A DNA stretch of 64,000 bases from Lama guanicoe (lineage: Eukaryota), in assembly GCA_013239625.1 (NCBI GenBank), contig MU053520.1, positions 524,934 through 588,933 on the forward strand. Reading direction: 5' to 3'. Below the pieces are notes generated by a model. The model had not been told where the DNA came from. It did not search any database and saw nothing but the letters and a program-made list of their open reading frames with translations. Within the stretch, counting starts at the first letter, position 1; the number at the start of each line of letters is the position of its first letter. Shown piece after piece: positions 40,383 through 54,659 of the stretch. The position numbers and the translations under genes were made by a program.

Positions 40383-40940
40383 TCTATTGAGATAAAGTTT
40401 ACATACCCTAAAATTTACCCATTTAAAGTGTACAGTTCAATGTTTTTCAGTATATTTACAGAACTTTGAACCATCACTACCATCTAATTTTGTCATTTAC
40501 AACATTCCAGAAAAGAACCAAAGAGCAATCATTACCCGTTTTCCTCCCCTTTCCTGACGTCCAGACCTCAGCCCCGGGCAATCACTAATCTACTTTCACT
40601 CATTAAGGTTTTGTCTATTTATGACATTTCACATAAAAGGAATCATAGAATATGTAGTCTTCTGTGACTGCTTTCACATAGTGTAACGGCTTCGAGGTTT
40701 ACCGTATTATAGCATGTGTCGGTATTTGTTTTTATTCCTAAATAACATTCCATTGTATGAATATACCAGAATTTGTTTATCAGTTCACTAGTTGGTGGAT
40801 GTATAGATTTTTCCCAATTTGGGGGCTTTTATAAATAATACTGCTATGCACATTTGCTCTAAGTTTTGTGTAAGTATGTTTCATTTCTCTTGGACATATA
40901 TTCTTATAATTGAATTTCAGAGTCTTATGGTAACTCCGTC
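40383..40940 (-). mobile_element. L1MB-like 3' end inserted into a MIR (MIR halves at about 40345-40380 and 40955-41050)
   Basis: tattgagataaagtttacatac...cccatttaaagtgtacagttca. Flanks aaatcctggctctacca / ttatttaacatctctgag. Confidence 0.75.
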
Positions 40941-43900
40941 TATTATTTACTTTTGTACAGGTTATTTAACATCTCTGAGATTTATGTTCCCAGCATTAAA
41001 ATGGATGCAACAATTGGACCTATATCATAGGGTATGGGGGAAGATTAGATTACAAAAGAATATAAAACTTGACACATAAGTGAGGTAGAGATTAGTTTTA
41101 TTTTTACAACATGACTAGGTACAGTAACAACAAAACAGATCTTTGGTATCTCTGGTGTGTGTGCATGCATGTGTGTGTGTGTGTGTTTTGGAGACAGAGA
41201 GAGAGAAATTGAGACTGACGTTTGCCAGAAGGCAGTTCCAGTGTGAAATTCATGAGAGGGAAACTGCCGTGGCCCGTGCACACAATTTCCAATCATGTCC
41301 CTGTTGGATCATTGTATTTTAAAATTTTCTCTTTTACAATTTCTTACTGATCCAGATGTCTTTCAATTCTGAATTCACTGTTGTTGCCCCACTCATTCAC
41401 TCCCATCTTTGTTTCTCTCATAAACCTATAGTATTATAAACTAACCCACTGAGCCTCTGGTAACCACTCCCTTCCAGCAAGGAGTCTTTAGCTCAGCTGG
41501 CATCATAATAATGACAAACTCCCTCTGCTTTACCTTTTTCTGAGCATTGCCGTTTCCTTTTCTATACTGAACTGGTTTTAGCAAACAAACCACATCCCTG
41601 TTCTCCTCTTTTCCAGGCCACTCTTAAGAGATGGGAAACAGAATAATGCTTCAACCTTCACCATGACTAAAAGAAAATAAAATAATAACCAAACAAATGA
41701 ACAGGTCATGTTAAAAACATAAAAGCAGATTAAAGTTACTGAGTTATTTGTCCTTCTGTTTTCTTTGCCTTTGCTCAATCTAAAAGATTTCTCACAGGTT
41801 AGGAACTTAAGTCATTGTTAATGACTAATATGCTAAAAGATAATATACCTGCCCTGAGATTGTAATATTTTGATGTTGGCATCTACTGGAGTATGCCACT
41901 TCTATGCTTTGGTACTTTGGGGTATTTATATCACTAATATTCAAGCTCCTTTACCTAGTGAAGAAAACACTTTATGATCTTGCTTCTGTCTACTTTTCCT
42001 AGTTCAGACTTTCCTAGTCCATACTTTGACTGAAATGAAGAACTTTCTGCTCCTCCTCAGCACTGTTCCACGTTCTCCTCCTGTCCACAAGGTAGCAAAT
42101 GCTGCTACCTCTCCCAGGAATACCCTTCCTGGGGCTTAAACACCTTGACAGGGACTTTTCAAGTTAGGAGAAAATAAATTATTATAGCACATTAATTCAT
42201 ACCCATATTAAGGCATCACATAAGGTAAATTACATATCAAGTACCAAGCAAGTAACTACATAATATGTTATACAAGTTATGCCAAGGAACCCTTATTAGT
42301 ACATTCACTATTTTTCTTTTAACTGGGCCTGTTTAGCCTCCCAATTGTTCTCCTTTTCTTCAGTTACTTGCTCAATGTCCGTGCTCCACCCCTCCATACA
42401 CTGTTTCCTCCTTCTTATATGAAGGCATCAAAGGGATTGCTGTCCCCTGTTTAAGATCCTTCCATGGGCTCCCAGAAGCAATATAAACTTCTTGATGCAG
42501 CCACTCCACTCTTCATGATTTTGCTCCTATGTCAACCTTCAGCCTCATCTTTTACCACGTTCTATGTGCACACCGAAATTTTAGCCATATGGACCCCAAC
42601 CTTTTCTCTCCTGTGCCTTTGCACATTCTTCTTCTTCTTTCTAGAATCCCCCCACATGGTATCCTAAGTACCAGAGGTTTGCAGTAAATAAAACAAAACC
42701 TCTGTCATTTTGGTACCTGAATCAGTTACAAGGTCTCACTCTATCTGCCCAGATCACTTTACTGTATTTACTGATTTTTGACTCACTATGCTGTTTGTCT
42801 TTTTCTCTAGATGGGAGTTCCCAGAGTATGGGAAAGTTATGTTCTTTGTATCTTCAGGACTCATATATAGCCTGGCACATAATAAGCACTCAATAAAGGC
42901 TTACAAAGACAATGAATTAGGATTCCCAGCATCAATACTGGCTCAATCTAACTTGAGCTAATGCTTGAGTTAAGTAACTAACTAGATATTTAAGCCACAC
43001 AAGATGGTAGAATGAAGTTGGTTAACAAGGTCCTGCAGGCCTCAGGAAAAGGGGTCATGTGGCAAAATAGTCAGTGTGTCTAATTAAGGTGTATGCAATG
43101 TTTATTCTACCTTCTCAATGTCACCTCTGTGAGTGCATTTCCTCACAGAGTAAGAGAGTTTGAATTAGATGATCTCTTGCGTCTCTTTCATCTTTAATAC
43201 TGGCTAATAAAATGGATTAAAAAAGCATTCCATTGTTTCAAACTGTAAATTCAACTGACATATGTGAAAAAGAAAGTGTGCATTTGGGGCACTTGTAGAA
43301 ACACTGAAACAATCCATCCATTTTTTAGGGGGATGTAGGTTTGACAGAGATGCTCAAACACATCTCTTCTTTATTTTTTGGTATTCACAGACCACATGGG
43401 CATGAAATCATGAATTGTATGACACTAGAATTCAAAGCCACTTCTAAGTTGTACTGAGATAAAAGTAAAAATTAATCAAAACACATATGAACTTTTGAGA
43501 AAACAATGCATTAATAATTACTCTTTCCATTAATTAACTCTGGAGAATTTTTTTTCCTTGATGAAAGAATATTTGATAAGTTGTTAAAAACTTCTTATCC
43601 TAATATGTGTTCTCAACCCCCTACCCCAGCCAATGCCTTGTAATATAAAAAATAACCCAGTTGTTTTGTAGCCATAGGAATTTAGAAGGGCTAAGGACAG
43701 CAGAGATAGTTTGAACTCCCAGTCAAAGAAAACTTCCTATACAGAATCATCCTCTACATCTGTCCATTTAATTAATCCAGAAGTTAGGTCACAATCATAT
43801 GAGACATCAACTCAGTTTTAACAATTCTAACTATCATAAAGACTGTCTTTATATGGTGTCACAATGTGCTTTGCTGTATCTCTTGCCTATTGGTGTCACA

Positions 43901-44691
43901 ATTTCTCCTTTTTTTAATCTTAGATCTGTTCCATGAAAAGAGACATAATGTATCCAATTCTCTTTTCAAAAGACAGTCTGTCAAATATTTGTAAAAAGCA
44001 GTCACCCTTTTTTCTTCATTTTCTTCTTTATTTCAATAGAAATCCATTGAAGGCACAAATATTTTGTATAGACCTCTCCCTGTCTTGGCTAAAAATCTGG
44101 ATAGAGTGGCATAATCTAGGAAAACCCCTGTAATGTGTATTAACAGTAATTTATTGAGGGTTTTTATGTTAGCCAGTATAGTGCACATTCAAAGAGATAA
44201 GCATTAGGAATTTGACAACTTTGCTTGCAGCAGTCAGGTGGGGAACCATTTCATCCGCTTGAAATGGGCTAACTACTTAACAAGTTTAAACTGTTTCATC
44301 TGGGCAAAAGTATATTGCCATTAACTGAAATGGATAAACTGACAACCCTTTTATTATTAACTACTTGACAAAATATAAAGCATTGAATATCACGGACAGC
44401 GAAAATTTTTGCTCTAGAAGTGTTTAATCTAAATTGATCATTGATGTGAGAGCATCCAGGACAGATATTATAAACCACAGTGTGGCGTCAACAAAGTTGA
44501 ATATTAGGGAATACTCAGGATGTCATAAAAGCCAAAAGAAGTAAGAGCAAGAGACAGATGGGAATACAAGGGGAAAAAAATGACAGTATGTGTAAATATT
44601 GGAGACAGTAAATACTTCATGCATATGGCCTGTCTTTCACATTCAGGTGCCATAGTATGTGGCAAGGAAGATATTTTTGAAAAGCCCAAGA

Positions 44692-44960
44692 TAGTAAAAG
44701 AAATAAAAGGAATCCAAATTGGAAAGGACGAAATGAAACTGTTGCTGTTTATAGATGACATACTATATATAGAAAATCCTCAAAACATTCCCAAAATTGT
44801 TAGAATAAATGAATCAATATGGTTGAAGGATACAAAATTAATACATAGAAATCTGTTGCATTTCCATACACTAATAACACATTATCAAAAAGAGAAATTT
44901 TTGAAGTATAATTTACAATTGCATCAAAAATAATAAAGCACCTAGGAGCAAATCTAACAA
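44692..44960 (+). mobile_element. L1 ORF2 RT fragment
   Basis: [28 protein letters not shown] (the FADD motif region). Confidence 0.9.
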
Positions 44961-45534
44961 GACTATATCTGTGTTTTAAATGCTTTCAGGTCATGCTGTA
45001 TTTTTTCTTTTTTAGAACTTAACACAATTTTTTTTTCACTAAATACTTGTGTAATTTTTAATTGAAGCTCATTGCCCCTATTACACTATTGACTGTACGC
45101 AGGTGAAGACTAAATTATCTTTCTTTTCTCATTGCTAAAATTCTAGCACTTAGTACATATTTGAGGCCCCTAATAATGATCGAGTGAATAAAGGAATAAA
45201 TCCATTCATTGAGAGCTTTGCTAAATCTATTTTGTCTTAACAACACTAAAAAACACACAAACAAAAACTCACAAAGTACACTGTTTGATCTAAGTACTGA
45301 TACTGCTATTTCTAAAAGAAGAATGCCCTGAATCCCAAACTGAAATTTGAATCTGGCTGTCTGTAGATATCTTTTGAGCCTATATTCTTTCTTTTATTTT
45401 ATTTTCTCCCTATTTCTTCTTTATTTTTAATAAGCTGATATGTGATGGATTCTATTAGGAGAAACAAAAGAGAAATATGTATACAATCCCCAGGAGAACA
45501 GACAAAGGAAGTGATGCAAAAATCACAGTAGAGT

Positions 45535-45780
45535 GTAATAGATTTGGAATTGGATAGAGCTGGATTTAAGTCACAGCTCTCCCACTGGACTTTACTTAAT
45601 TTTTCCAAGCCTCGGGATCCTTACCAGTGAAATTAATATAAAACCATCAATCCCATAGCATTGTTTAAAGAATTTATTGTAATGAAGACTGATAAATGCT
45701 AGGTGCTTGGAATAGTACCTGGCATTCATCAAGCACTCAGTAGGTGGTTTGCAATTGCTGTTATCATTATTATATTAATA
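45535..45780 (+). mobile_element. MIR SINE
   Basis: gagctggatttaagtcacagctctcccact...ttacttaatttttccaagcctc...gtgcttggaatagtacctggca. Confidence 0.65.
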
Positions 45781-46953
45781 ATTTTAATGGAGAATGACAT
45801 TTCAATGGCTTCCATCTTGTCCATTGACCTGAGAGCCTTCTTTAAAGTCTGAGGTAAGAAATACAGAAGCAGAAGCTGCAAAAACTGTTATCTTGAAGTG
45901 CTCTGTATAATTAGAGGAGCAGGGTGGCAGAAAGCCAGGTGACAATGTAGGGCAAACTTAGGGAAAAATGTAATGTGTCCAGTTCAGCATGGAATCCAGC
46001 ATGCTCTGGAACCTTAAGGCCTTGCCTTGGATACTTATGTTTCCAGGTGAGGCCTTCTAAGAAAAGGAGTGAGCACAGGACTATCCAGAACACTTGAGAA
46101 ATCAACCTGAGAATTCTTAGAAAAAGTGGTTTCAAGTAAGGTAAGGGTGCTTCAGGGTGAGTAGAAGTTGGGCAAGGGATTGATAGCCTCTGTGCAGGTA
46201 GTGGGGCTCTGCACCATGCATTTAGGAAACCTATTAATAAATATTAATAAATTTATTAAAAAAGACTTGCTTACATATCTGCTCTACCAAGCCTGGTTAA
46301 CAATATGGTTGCATGCTAAATAAATGATGCAACTTGAAGAGAATTGGTCCACACCAAAAAGGAGGAATGGAAAGCTGAAAACACCAAGCAGGTCAATGTC
46401 CAGTAAGAAAAACACATTAGCATGGCAATGCTTGCTCTTTGGACTATGTGCCTCACAGCTTTGTCAAACACCCTCTTTTCTCCTACTACCGGCACCAAAG
46501 TCCACATGTTTGAGAGATAAATCTGAGTGCCAGACAGCATGCTGTTTCAGAATTGTCTCTCCCTTCATACAACTACTGTCTCAAGATAGTTTTATAATGA
46601 GCAAGGCTGTGCTGCTTGGTTCTCTATGCTGCTACATGGTCAATTCTCTCTTAAGAAGCATCTCTATCACTCTTGTAAAGAGGCTCCTGAATTGGTATTC
46701 CACCACTTAATTTATACTGATATTTGTGAAAAGGAGGGGTAGAAACTATTTAGAAGCAAACTGCAAAAACCTGCTTCAAAAATATTGGTTTTTCATGATC
46801 AATTTCATTCAAAATGTTATAATTCCTTCCCTTCATCAAAAAATAGCTCATGACAGGCACACTTTTGTTAACAAATGCTTGTTACTAATCTATTCCAAAA
46901 GACTTTTGTTAAAGTTTAGTTTAGATTAGATTAGAATAGAAAACATTGCTGAG

Positions 46954-48105
46954 GATAAATCTCCTAGAAGAAAACATAGGCAAAACATTATCCAACAAAT
47001 CTCCTCAATGTTCTTCTAGGGCAGTCTACTCAGGCAATAGAAATAAAAGCAAAAAAATAAACAAATTAGACCTAATTAAAATTATAAGCTTTTACAGCAC
47101 AGAAAAGGAAACCATAAGCAAAACAAAAAGACAACCTACGGAATAGGAGAAAATATTTGCACATGGTGAAATTGACAAGGGTTTGATCTCCAGAATATAT
47201 AAACAGCTCATACAACTTAATAAAACAAAAACAAAAATGAAAACAAAAACAAAAACAAACTACCCAATCCCAAAATGGACAGAAGACCTAAACAAGCAAT
47301 TCTCCAGTGAAGACATACGAATGGCCAATAGGCACATGAAAAAATGTTCAATATTGCTAATTATCAGAGAAATGCAAATCAGAACTCCATTAAGTTATCA
47401 CTTCATACTAGTCAGGATGGCCATCATTCAAATGTCCACAAATGATAAATGCTGGAGAGGCTGTTGAGAAAAGGAAACCCTCTTGCACTGTTGGTGGGAA
47501 TGTAGTTTGGTGCAACAGTAATGGAAAACAGTACACAGATTTCTCAAAAAGCTAAAAATAGACTTACCATATGATCCAGCAATCCCACTCCTGGGTATAT
47601 ATCCAAAGGAAAGCTTAATTCAAAAAGACACATTCACCTGAATGTTCATAGCAACACTATTTACAATAGCCAAGACATGGAAACAACCTAAATGTCCATC
47701 AACAGATGATTGGATAAAGGAGATGTGCTATATTTATACAATGAAATACTACTCAGTCATAAAACATGATAAAAGAATGCCATATGCACCAACATGGATT
47801 TCTCTGGAGAATGTCATTCTAAGTGAAGTAAGCCAGAAAGAGAAAGAAAAATACCATACAATATCACTCATATGTGGCATCTAAAAAGAGAGAGAGAGAG
47901 GGAGACTGAGATTTGCAGATACTGGTATATATAAAATAGATAAACTAGTTTATGCCATATAGCACAGAGAACCATATTTGATATTTGTAGTAGCTTATGG
48001 TGAAAATAATATGAAAAATAATATGAAAATATTTTGTGCTGTACACCAGAAACTGACACAGCATTGTAAAACTGACTACACTTCAATTAAAAAGGTAAAA
48101 AAAAA
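46954..48105 (+). mobile_element. 5'-truncated L1 (ORF2 C-terminus, internally deleted 3' UTR, A tail)
   Basis: [39 protein letters not shown]. Confidence 0.95.
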
Positions 48106-48929
48106 CCATAATAGGTTGTTTCATTTAAACTCTAGGTGTTTAAAAAATACATATAACCCTTGAGCCAACTACTTAAAACTCACCAATGCCTCTTCCCCTG
48201 GGCAATTATTGAAGTATGTTTGAAGATTCTATGATGTGCCAAAGAATAAGAACAATATTTGCTTGCTGTCTTTCCTGTAATTGCTGGTTAGCCTTTCTTC
48301 TCTAAGTTCAAGTTGCAAGTGAGACATTAGATGCCTCTTGCCATCCTTTATCTACAGTAATTAACCAGAGAGTGGCAGCTCCAGCACTTTCCAATTTCAA
48401 AGTCTTTGTTATAAAAATAAATGATACATTTGAGGTAGGTGGGGAAAGAGAGTTTGGGAGGCTGACTTAAAACTGGGATATTACTTGATGTAAACATTTC
48501 ATTTGAATCAAATAAACCAGTGTATGCGTAATATGTCAGTTGACAATATAAATATGAAAAAAATGCTTTGTGGAGAGAACAAGATGGACTACACTAAAGA
48601 GTTTCCTCTCACTCACACAAAATTACGTGATCTTATGTGTAAAACCAAACTCTGTCCTTTTTTAGAAGAGCAAAGCAATCACTGTGCAGAAACTAAACTG
48701 TCAGAAACAGGAGTGAAAATGCTGAATGAGAACTGAAATGTCAGCTCATAAAATACTGTATGACAAAAATCATCTTCCAAGCCTCTGAAAGCAAAAATGG
48801 TTACCAACTCCCTTTTGGGAAATGAAGCCCCTCTTTAATTCTTTCTGGGGGCTTAACAAAAGTCTTCAGCTACATCCTTGACTTAGTCTACTCCCAGGTT
48901 GTATCATTTTCAATCCACCACAAAGGCAT

Positions 48930-49490
48930 TAGAAGGTTTCTGGCTTTTATTGTGATTGATATTGGAAGTCAAAACAAGTTTTGAGCAGAAGACTCTTTTA
49001 AAAAAATAGCTCTGTTGTTGCTTAAGACTTGGCTTTCTTGGGGAAGGAAAGGGGAAGAATCAGGATTAGAAGCTAGGAATAAAATTAGGAATATATTAAA
49101 AATAATCCAAAATGAGAGAAAATGGTGGCTTAAACTAGGTTGGTAAATGTTTCAGTGGTAAGAATGAATATTGAATCTATTTTGAATTTAAATTCATTGA
49201 GTTTTGTCAATGGACCAGATATAGGAGAAAAAAGAAATGAGCTAAGGATGACTTCAAAGACTGTTGCCTGAGCAAAGAGAATAATAAAATTCCCATATAC
49301 TTAAGTAAGGAAATTGCCAGAAGGAGCTGTTTCTCTGTATGTGGTTGTAAAGATAGTGGTGGTAGGGCGAATTGGTGAACTTTAGGGATTAAGTATTGGA
49401 CATATTAAATTTAAGTCTCTCAGTTATTCAAGTGGAGATGTTCAGTGGATAGTCATCCTTATGAGTCTATTGTTCAGGGAAGATGCTGGG
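48930..49490. mobile_element. L2 LINE fragment
   Basis: tggcttttattgtgattgatattggaagtc...ttttgagcag; aaggatgacttcaaagactgttgcctgagcaa; attggacatattaaattt. Confidence 0.65.
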
Positions 49491-49519
49491 GACCTCTCTT
49501 TGATTTGCTTCCACATCTG

Positions 49520-50134
49520 GGAGACATAGTCTCATTCAAACAACAATCACCCTGGACAAGGTTGAACAGACAAGGAAGACTTCTTTGCAATAGGAAGAGA
49601 GACTAGAAATGAACTCCACTCTAACAAAGGGCTGAAGGGTTGTCAAGAGCTGAGGTGGGGATAGGGAGATGTTAGGCCATTTTTGTTTGTTTGTTTGTTT
49701 GTTATTGGCTCATTGATGTTTCCCAAAGGGTAAGTAAACATTCTTGTATCTTCATGACAGAAGGTAGTTTTACAACTCTGGGCAAGGCTCCCACCAAAAT
49801 TAGGTGCATACCCTCCCACTGAAGAGCTATCATCCTTGATAACTATATTTCAAAGGGATGTCCCGCAGACCCTTAAGAAAGACCTTCATGGGTTGTACAA
49901 CTGGCAAAAGACTTTGAAAAACGTTTACATCTCAAAGGGTCACAGAAATAATTTACAATTGTAAGTTTTCTAAAGTAAAAATTCTAAGAAAAAGGGAGGG
50001 GTGGGAATTCTGCAGTTAGGCCATCTGGATTCTCTAAGTGCAAGGAGATTGAGCCCAGGGCACGGGCTGAGGAAGTGGGAAGAAAACCATTTCAAGTTAG
50101 TCAAACTGAAGCAGACATTAAGGCTGTTTGTTCA
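49520..50134 (-). mobile_element. Old ERV1 solo LTR (MER34/MER39-like)
   Basis: gtatcttcatgacagaaggtagttttacaac...tttacatctcaaaggg...aagttttctaaagtaaa. Recognised by pattern; ends approximate. Confidence 0.55.
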
Positions 50135-51288
50135 GTCTTTAATAGGATGATCATATAATTTATTTCTTAAGTCAATACAGTCTGGAGTGAAAGAGGATGC
50201 TATTAATAATTAAACTGCATAATAATTGTAGAATAGAGCACCCTATCAAATGTGGATGGATGGTTTTTCTTTCTTTACATTCTTCACGCCATTTTTATGT
50301 AAGTTGGAGGAGAGGGTGTTATGAGATATAATATATCCATGAAGATAAGTAAAAATTATCTTAAAAATACTATCTGATTAAATTGCCAGGAAAACATGTG
50401 TTGACAAGTAAAGATTTGTGAAAGATCAATTATGGAGATGATTTGACCTGATTCCTCCTTCAAGATACAGCCCAGGAACCTCTGTCTCTCTTTTCAGAGC
50501 TCTCTCTTTGCTTCTCAAAAACAGGACTTGGCATTTTTCTGTTTACTTCCCCGCAGCACAACTTGAGGACATTGAGAACACTGACTTCCTCTTTAATCAT
50601 GGTTACTTTAACACTTAAAGGTGTATCTTGTATACGGTAAGTGCTCAATAAATTTGATTAAAGTAATGGTGAAGGTAAAAAAAAAAAGTCACGTTTGGCA
50701 CCAATATGTTAAGTTTCAAAGACTGCAAAACAGAAAGTTGTAAAATGAACAGAAATGAAAATAGCAAGAAATAAAGCCTGATGTTTTATTTCATGAGATT
50801 CAGATTATAGTATGCAGGTGAAAGAGAAGAGAAATTAATTCATTTACCTAGTGGTATCCATCAGACTATTCACTGCCTTCCACTTCATATATTCTCCCTG
50901 TAGAATGTGCTTATTTCCCATTAACGCTTCATGAATTAACCATAACTGCCACCACTGTAATTAAAATATTGATTGCCAAGAGGAAGTGAAGATTCAGCAT
51001 GAATTCATTCAATAAAACTAATAGAGTCTTATTATGTGGTGTTCCTTGCAATAAGCTCCAGGAAAAAAATATATATATATATATATATTAGCAAGTAATT
51101 ATCTTGGCTGCATGAACTTGGGGGTAGAGATGAATTATAAAATAGTACAAAATGTCACAAAATTTATGGCTCCAGACTCACCAAATACATTGCAAATTAT
51201 CATTTCTAACTATGGTTCTTCGCAATGGATACCATCTGAGATAGTTCACACATGGCATTTCAATGGATGTATGTGCTTCCCATGCCAC

Positions 51289-51951
51289 TGATGCAGGAAA
51301 AATGGATGTGGGACATGAGGAGGGCCCCATCCCAAGCCTTGGCTGAGCCCCTGGGATGTGCCCTGCCAAGTGTGGGCCCTTGGCCTCACACAGGAAAGAA
51401 TTCAAGAGAAAGTTACAGTTGAGTAAAGGCAGATTTGTTCAGAGAGATACATACTCCATAGAGTGTAGGCTGTTTCAGAAGGCGAGAGAAAAGCCACAAG
51501 GTATGGGGTTGGGTGCTCAGGTTAAAGTAAAAGTGGATACACACTCCATAGACAGAATGCAGGCCATCTCCAAAGAGGAGGGAGCAAAAAGAGCTGCCAG
51601 GAGGTGCCTGGTTGCCAGTTTTTATAGGCTTCCTAGATTTATATGCTAGTAAGTGGAAGGATTAGTCTAATTAACTGGGGAAGGGGCTGGGGTTCCCAGG
51701 AAGTTGGCCATTTCCCACTCTCTGACCTTTTGTGGCTAGCCTTGGGACTGTCATGGCATCAGTGGGCATGTTATTCACCATGTTAACATATTACAATGAG
51801 CATATAATGAAGCTCAAGTTCTACTTGAAGTCAGATCTCCCACCATCTTGAGACTCAAGGCCTACTGGGGGTTGAATCTTTTGCCATCCTGGTGTTAACT
51901 GCTTTAGTATTCCTTGAATCACTGTGCCCTGTCCTCTTCCTTCCTGTCTCA
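51289..51951 (-). mobile_element. ERV1-type solo LTR
   Basis: TG...CA ends, near-TSD ccac/tcac, caggaaagaattcaagag motif, tttttatagg (TATA on minus), and attacaatgagca shared with family X. Confidence 0.85.
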
Positions 51952-52860
51952 TCACTGTGCCATGGCGTCCTCTTAATGGGGCTACCCAAGATCTCTGCCA
52001 CTACCCAGAGAATCCAGAAGCTCCTGGCTGCACCCAGTGCCAATGCTGTGCCTATGCCTATTCCAGGATTTCCCCTTGTAGCGGAAATATTATTTATCTT
52101 TCCTTTAACCCCTTGCTGTCTTTTACTAGACCTCACTTGTGTTCACTATACCTGACTCTATCTCAGCATGGTGAATTCATTCCCCACTAGTGCAATGGTG
52201 AACCTGGTTTCTAATATTCATCATAGATCTCATTTATGGAGAATATGCCACATGATAGGCACTGTGATAATTTTTGCAATAACCCAGTGAGTGTGGCATT
52301 GCTGTCATCTAATTTATATACACAAGTTTAAGTCATTTCTCAGTATCAAACATTTCTACTCCAGAGCTCACATTCTTAAACGTGCTATATGCCCAGGAAT
52401 TTGTTGTCAGTCACTACAGCACAGTCATTATTTCTATCATCAATCCTAGTAATTTTACTAGGAATGTCCAAGTGAGCTCGCCACTGCTGCCTGCCAGAAA
52501 TACCCAGAAATGGCCTAATAGGTTGAATACGTACCGTAAGGCCCCATGCAGGGAACACCCTTGTAACACAGCTAGGAACAACACATCGACACAGAGCCCA
52601 GTGCCTTCAACAATATTGTCATACAATAAAGTGCACAATACTATTGAGAGCAAAGACACTGAGGCCTGCTGTTGTGGAGAATTTGTTATCCAATTAGAAT
52701 GAGGTATAGGTGGAGTGCTACAATTATAGAGAGGTTGGGAAGACGCTACTACCTAAAGAAGAGGCTGGAAAATTAAATTGAGGAAGATGGTCCAGTGCTT
52801 TGAAGGCCATGCTAGCATTTGGGCTTTATTGTGAAGCAATGAAAATGTGTTGAAGTCTAT

Positions 52861-52993
52861 GGGGGTAGGGTATAGCTCAATGGTTAGAGTTCACATTTAG
52901 CATTCATGAGGTCCTTGGTTCAATCCCCAGTACCTCCATTAAAATAACTAACTAAAGAAATAAACCTAATTACCTCCCCCCACCAAAAAACAA
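52861..52993 (+). mobile_element. tRNA-derived SINE (camelid Vic-1-like), inserted in an L2 remnant
   Basis: A box tagctcaatgg, B box ggttcaatccc, then agtacctccatt and an A-rich tail. Confidence 0.85.
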
Positions 52994-54659
52994 AGTGTTT
53001 AAATCTTTATATAATTAGATTTGTGTTTTTAAAGGAACTGAGAATGACTTCTCTAGTGGCAACGTGAAGGATGGAGAAAATCAGGATGCGCAGTTTGGCA
53101 TCTGTTTTAATCCCACAGGCAAGAGCTGATCTCGTGCAGTGACCATGGAAAGTGAAAGTAGGAAAGAACGAGGCAGAAGTCTCTGGAGTAGAACTATAGA
53201 ATTTAGTGATTGATTGAACATCAGGCATGAAGGAGAGGAAACTGTTAGCAATGCCTGAGATTCCTCACAAGAATTCCCAACAATGGATTCCTTATAGTGA
53301 CAGCAAACTCCTATACAATCTGGCCTCCAGTCACTTACTAGACCTCACCTAGTATCACCCTTACACTTTCCCTCCAGTGGTACTGCCCTTCCTCTTGGAT
53401 TACAGCAGACAAGCTGTCATCTGAGGACTTTTACACTTCTCTCCCCTTTCCTTGGAGTACTTTTTCCCCAGATATATTCAAGTTCAGATCATCATCTCCT
53501 TCAAGTCTGATTTTATTTGTAAATCCCTTATTGATTACGTACTTAAAATTGCACACACACACACACACACATCTCTACCTAACTTGCCACAGCCTAGCCA
53601 GTTATCTACATTATTTTTTCTCTAAGCTGTTAACATTACTTGACATACAATATGTTTTATTTATTCATTTTTGTATCTCTTTATTCACATGCTAATGCAA
53701 GCATGTTAAGACAGGATTTCTATCTGTTTTGTTTACTGCTGGTGTCTATAAGTGGGTCTTTAAATGCTAATTTAGTTTAATAAATTAATTCTAGATCAGC
53801 TGAGATGGTGGACCCTCTTTTTACAATGTTATTTTCTCCAATGTTTGATTTCTTTATTTTTTACCTCAAATGCCCAAATATCACATCCAACAAGTAAAAG
53901 CATATACAATGACTCACATATGCATATACACAACCACGGACTTAGACATACACACACATACACATGTGCACACATGAAATATTCCTACTTCCTGATGTCA
54001 TCTCTTGGGACAGGAAATGAATTTTGGTCTATAGCATTGAAATATCCATCACTGCTTGTGAATGTTTGATGTTGTATACAGCATCTGCCTTAATGCCCCA
54101 ACCTACTGCAGATAGTTTTCTATGGCATATTTGAAGTAAGCTACAGAAGTAGAATGGGACTTTGAAAGAACCGTGGTTACACCTATGAGATGGCAAGTCT
54201 TCTAACAGAGCTGATGCTCAAACCATAATGGGCATGGGGATAAAAACTGAATTGATGCAAGGGGGAGAAAATATATCAAAGACATGTTTTAAATACTCAA
54301 TTTATTTAAGCTCCTTTAGCAATCCCATCTGGGAGCATGACAATTTCAGCCACTGGCTCTTGAGTAGTTCTCTACCACAAAATAGGGATATCTGGGGTGT
54401 CATCTCTTTGTAATCTATCACTGACATGATCTGGAACCTCAAACAGGAGACATCCATTATAATTCAAATTGTCCCCCATTCATCCAGAAATCCAGCCAAT
54501 TTGCTGAAAATAAATTCACCAAACCAAATTACTGAAATTCATCTTTCCACAAAGTAAATCCACCAAAAATCAAACTTCCTAAAGAAAACTTTGTTAAATG
54601 ACTCATTAAAAAAACTATGAAATTTCATAATTATATATTTTAACAAATTAAGAGAAAGG

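Noticed and set aside
52861..52940. Possible functional tRNA gene
   Set aside because: The stems are degenerate and it is followed by a SINE body and A-rich tail, so it is a SINE head.
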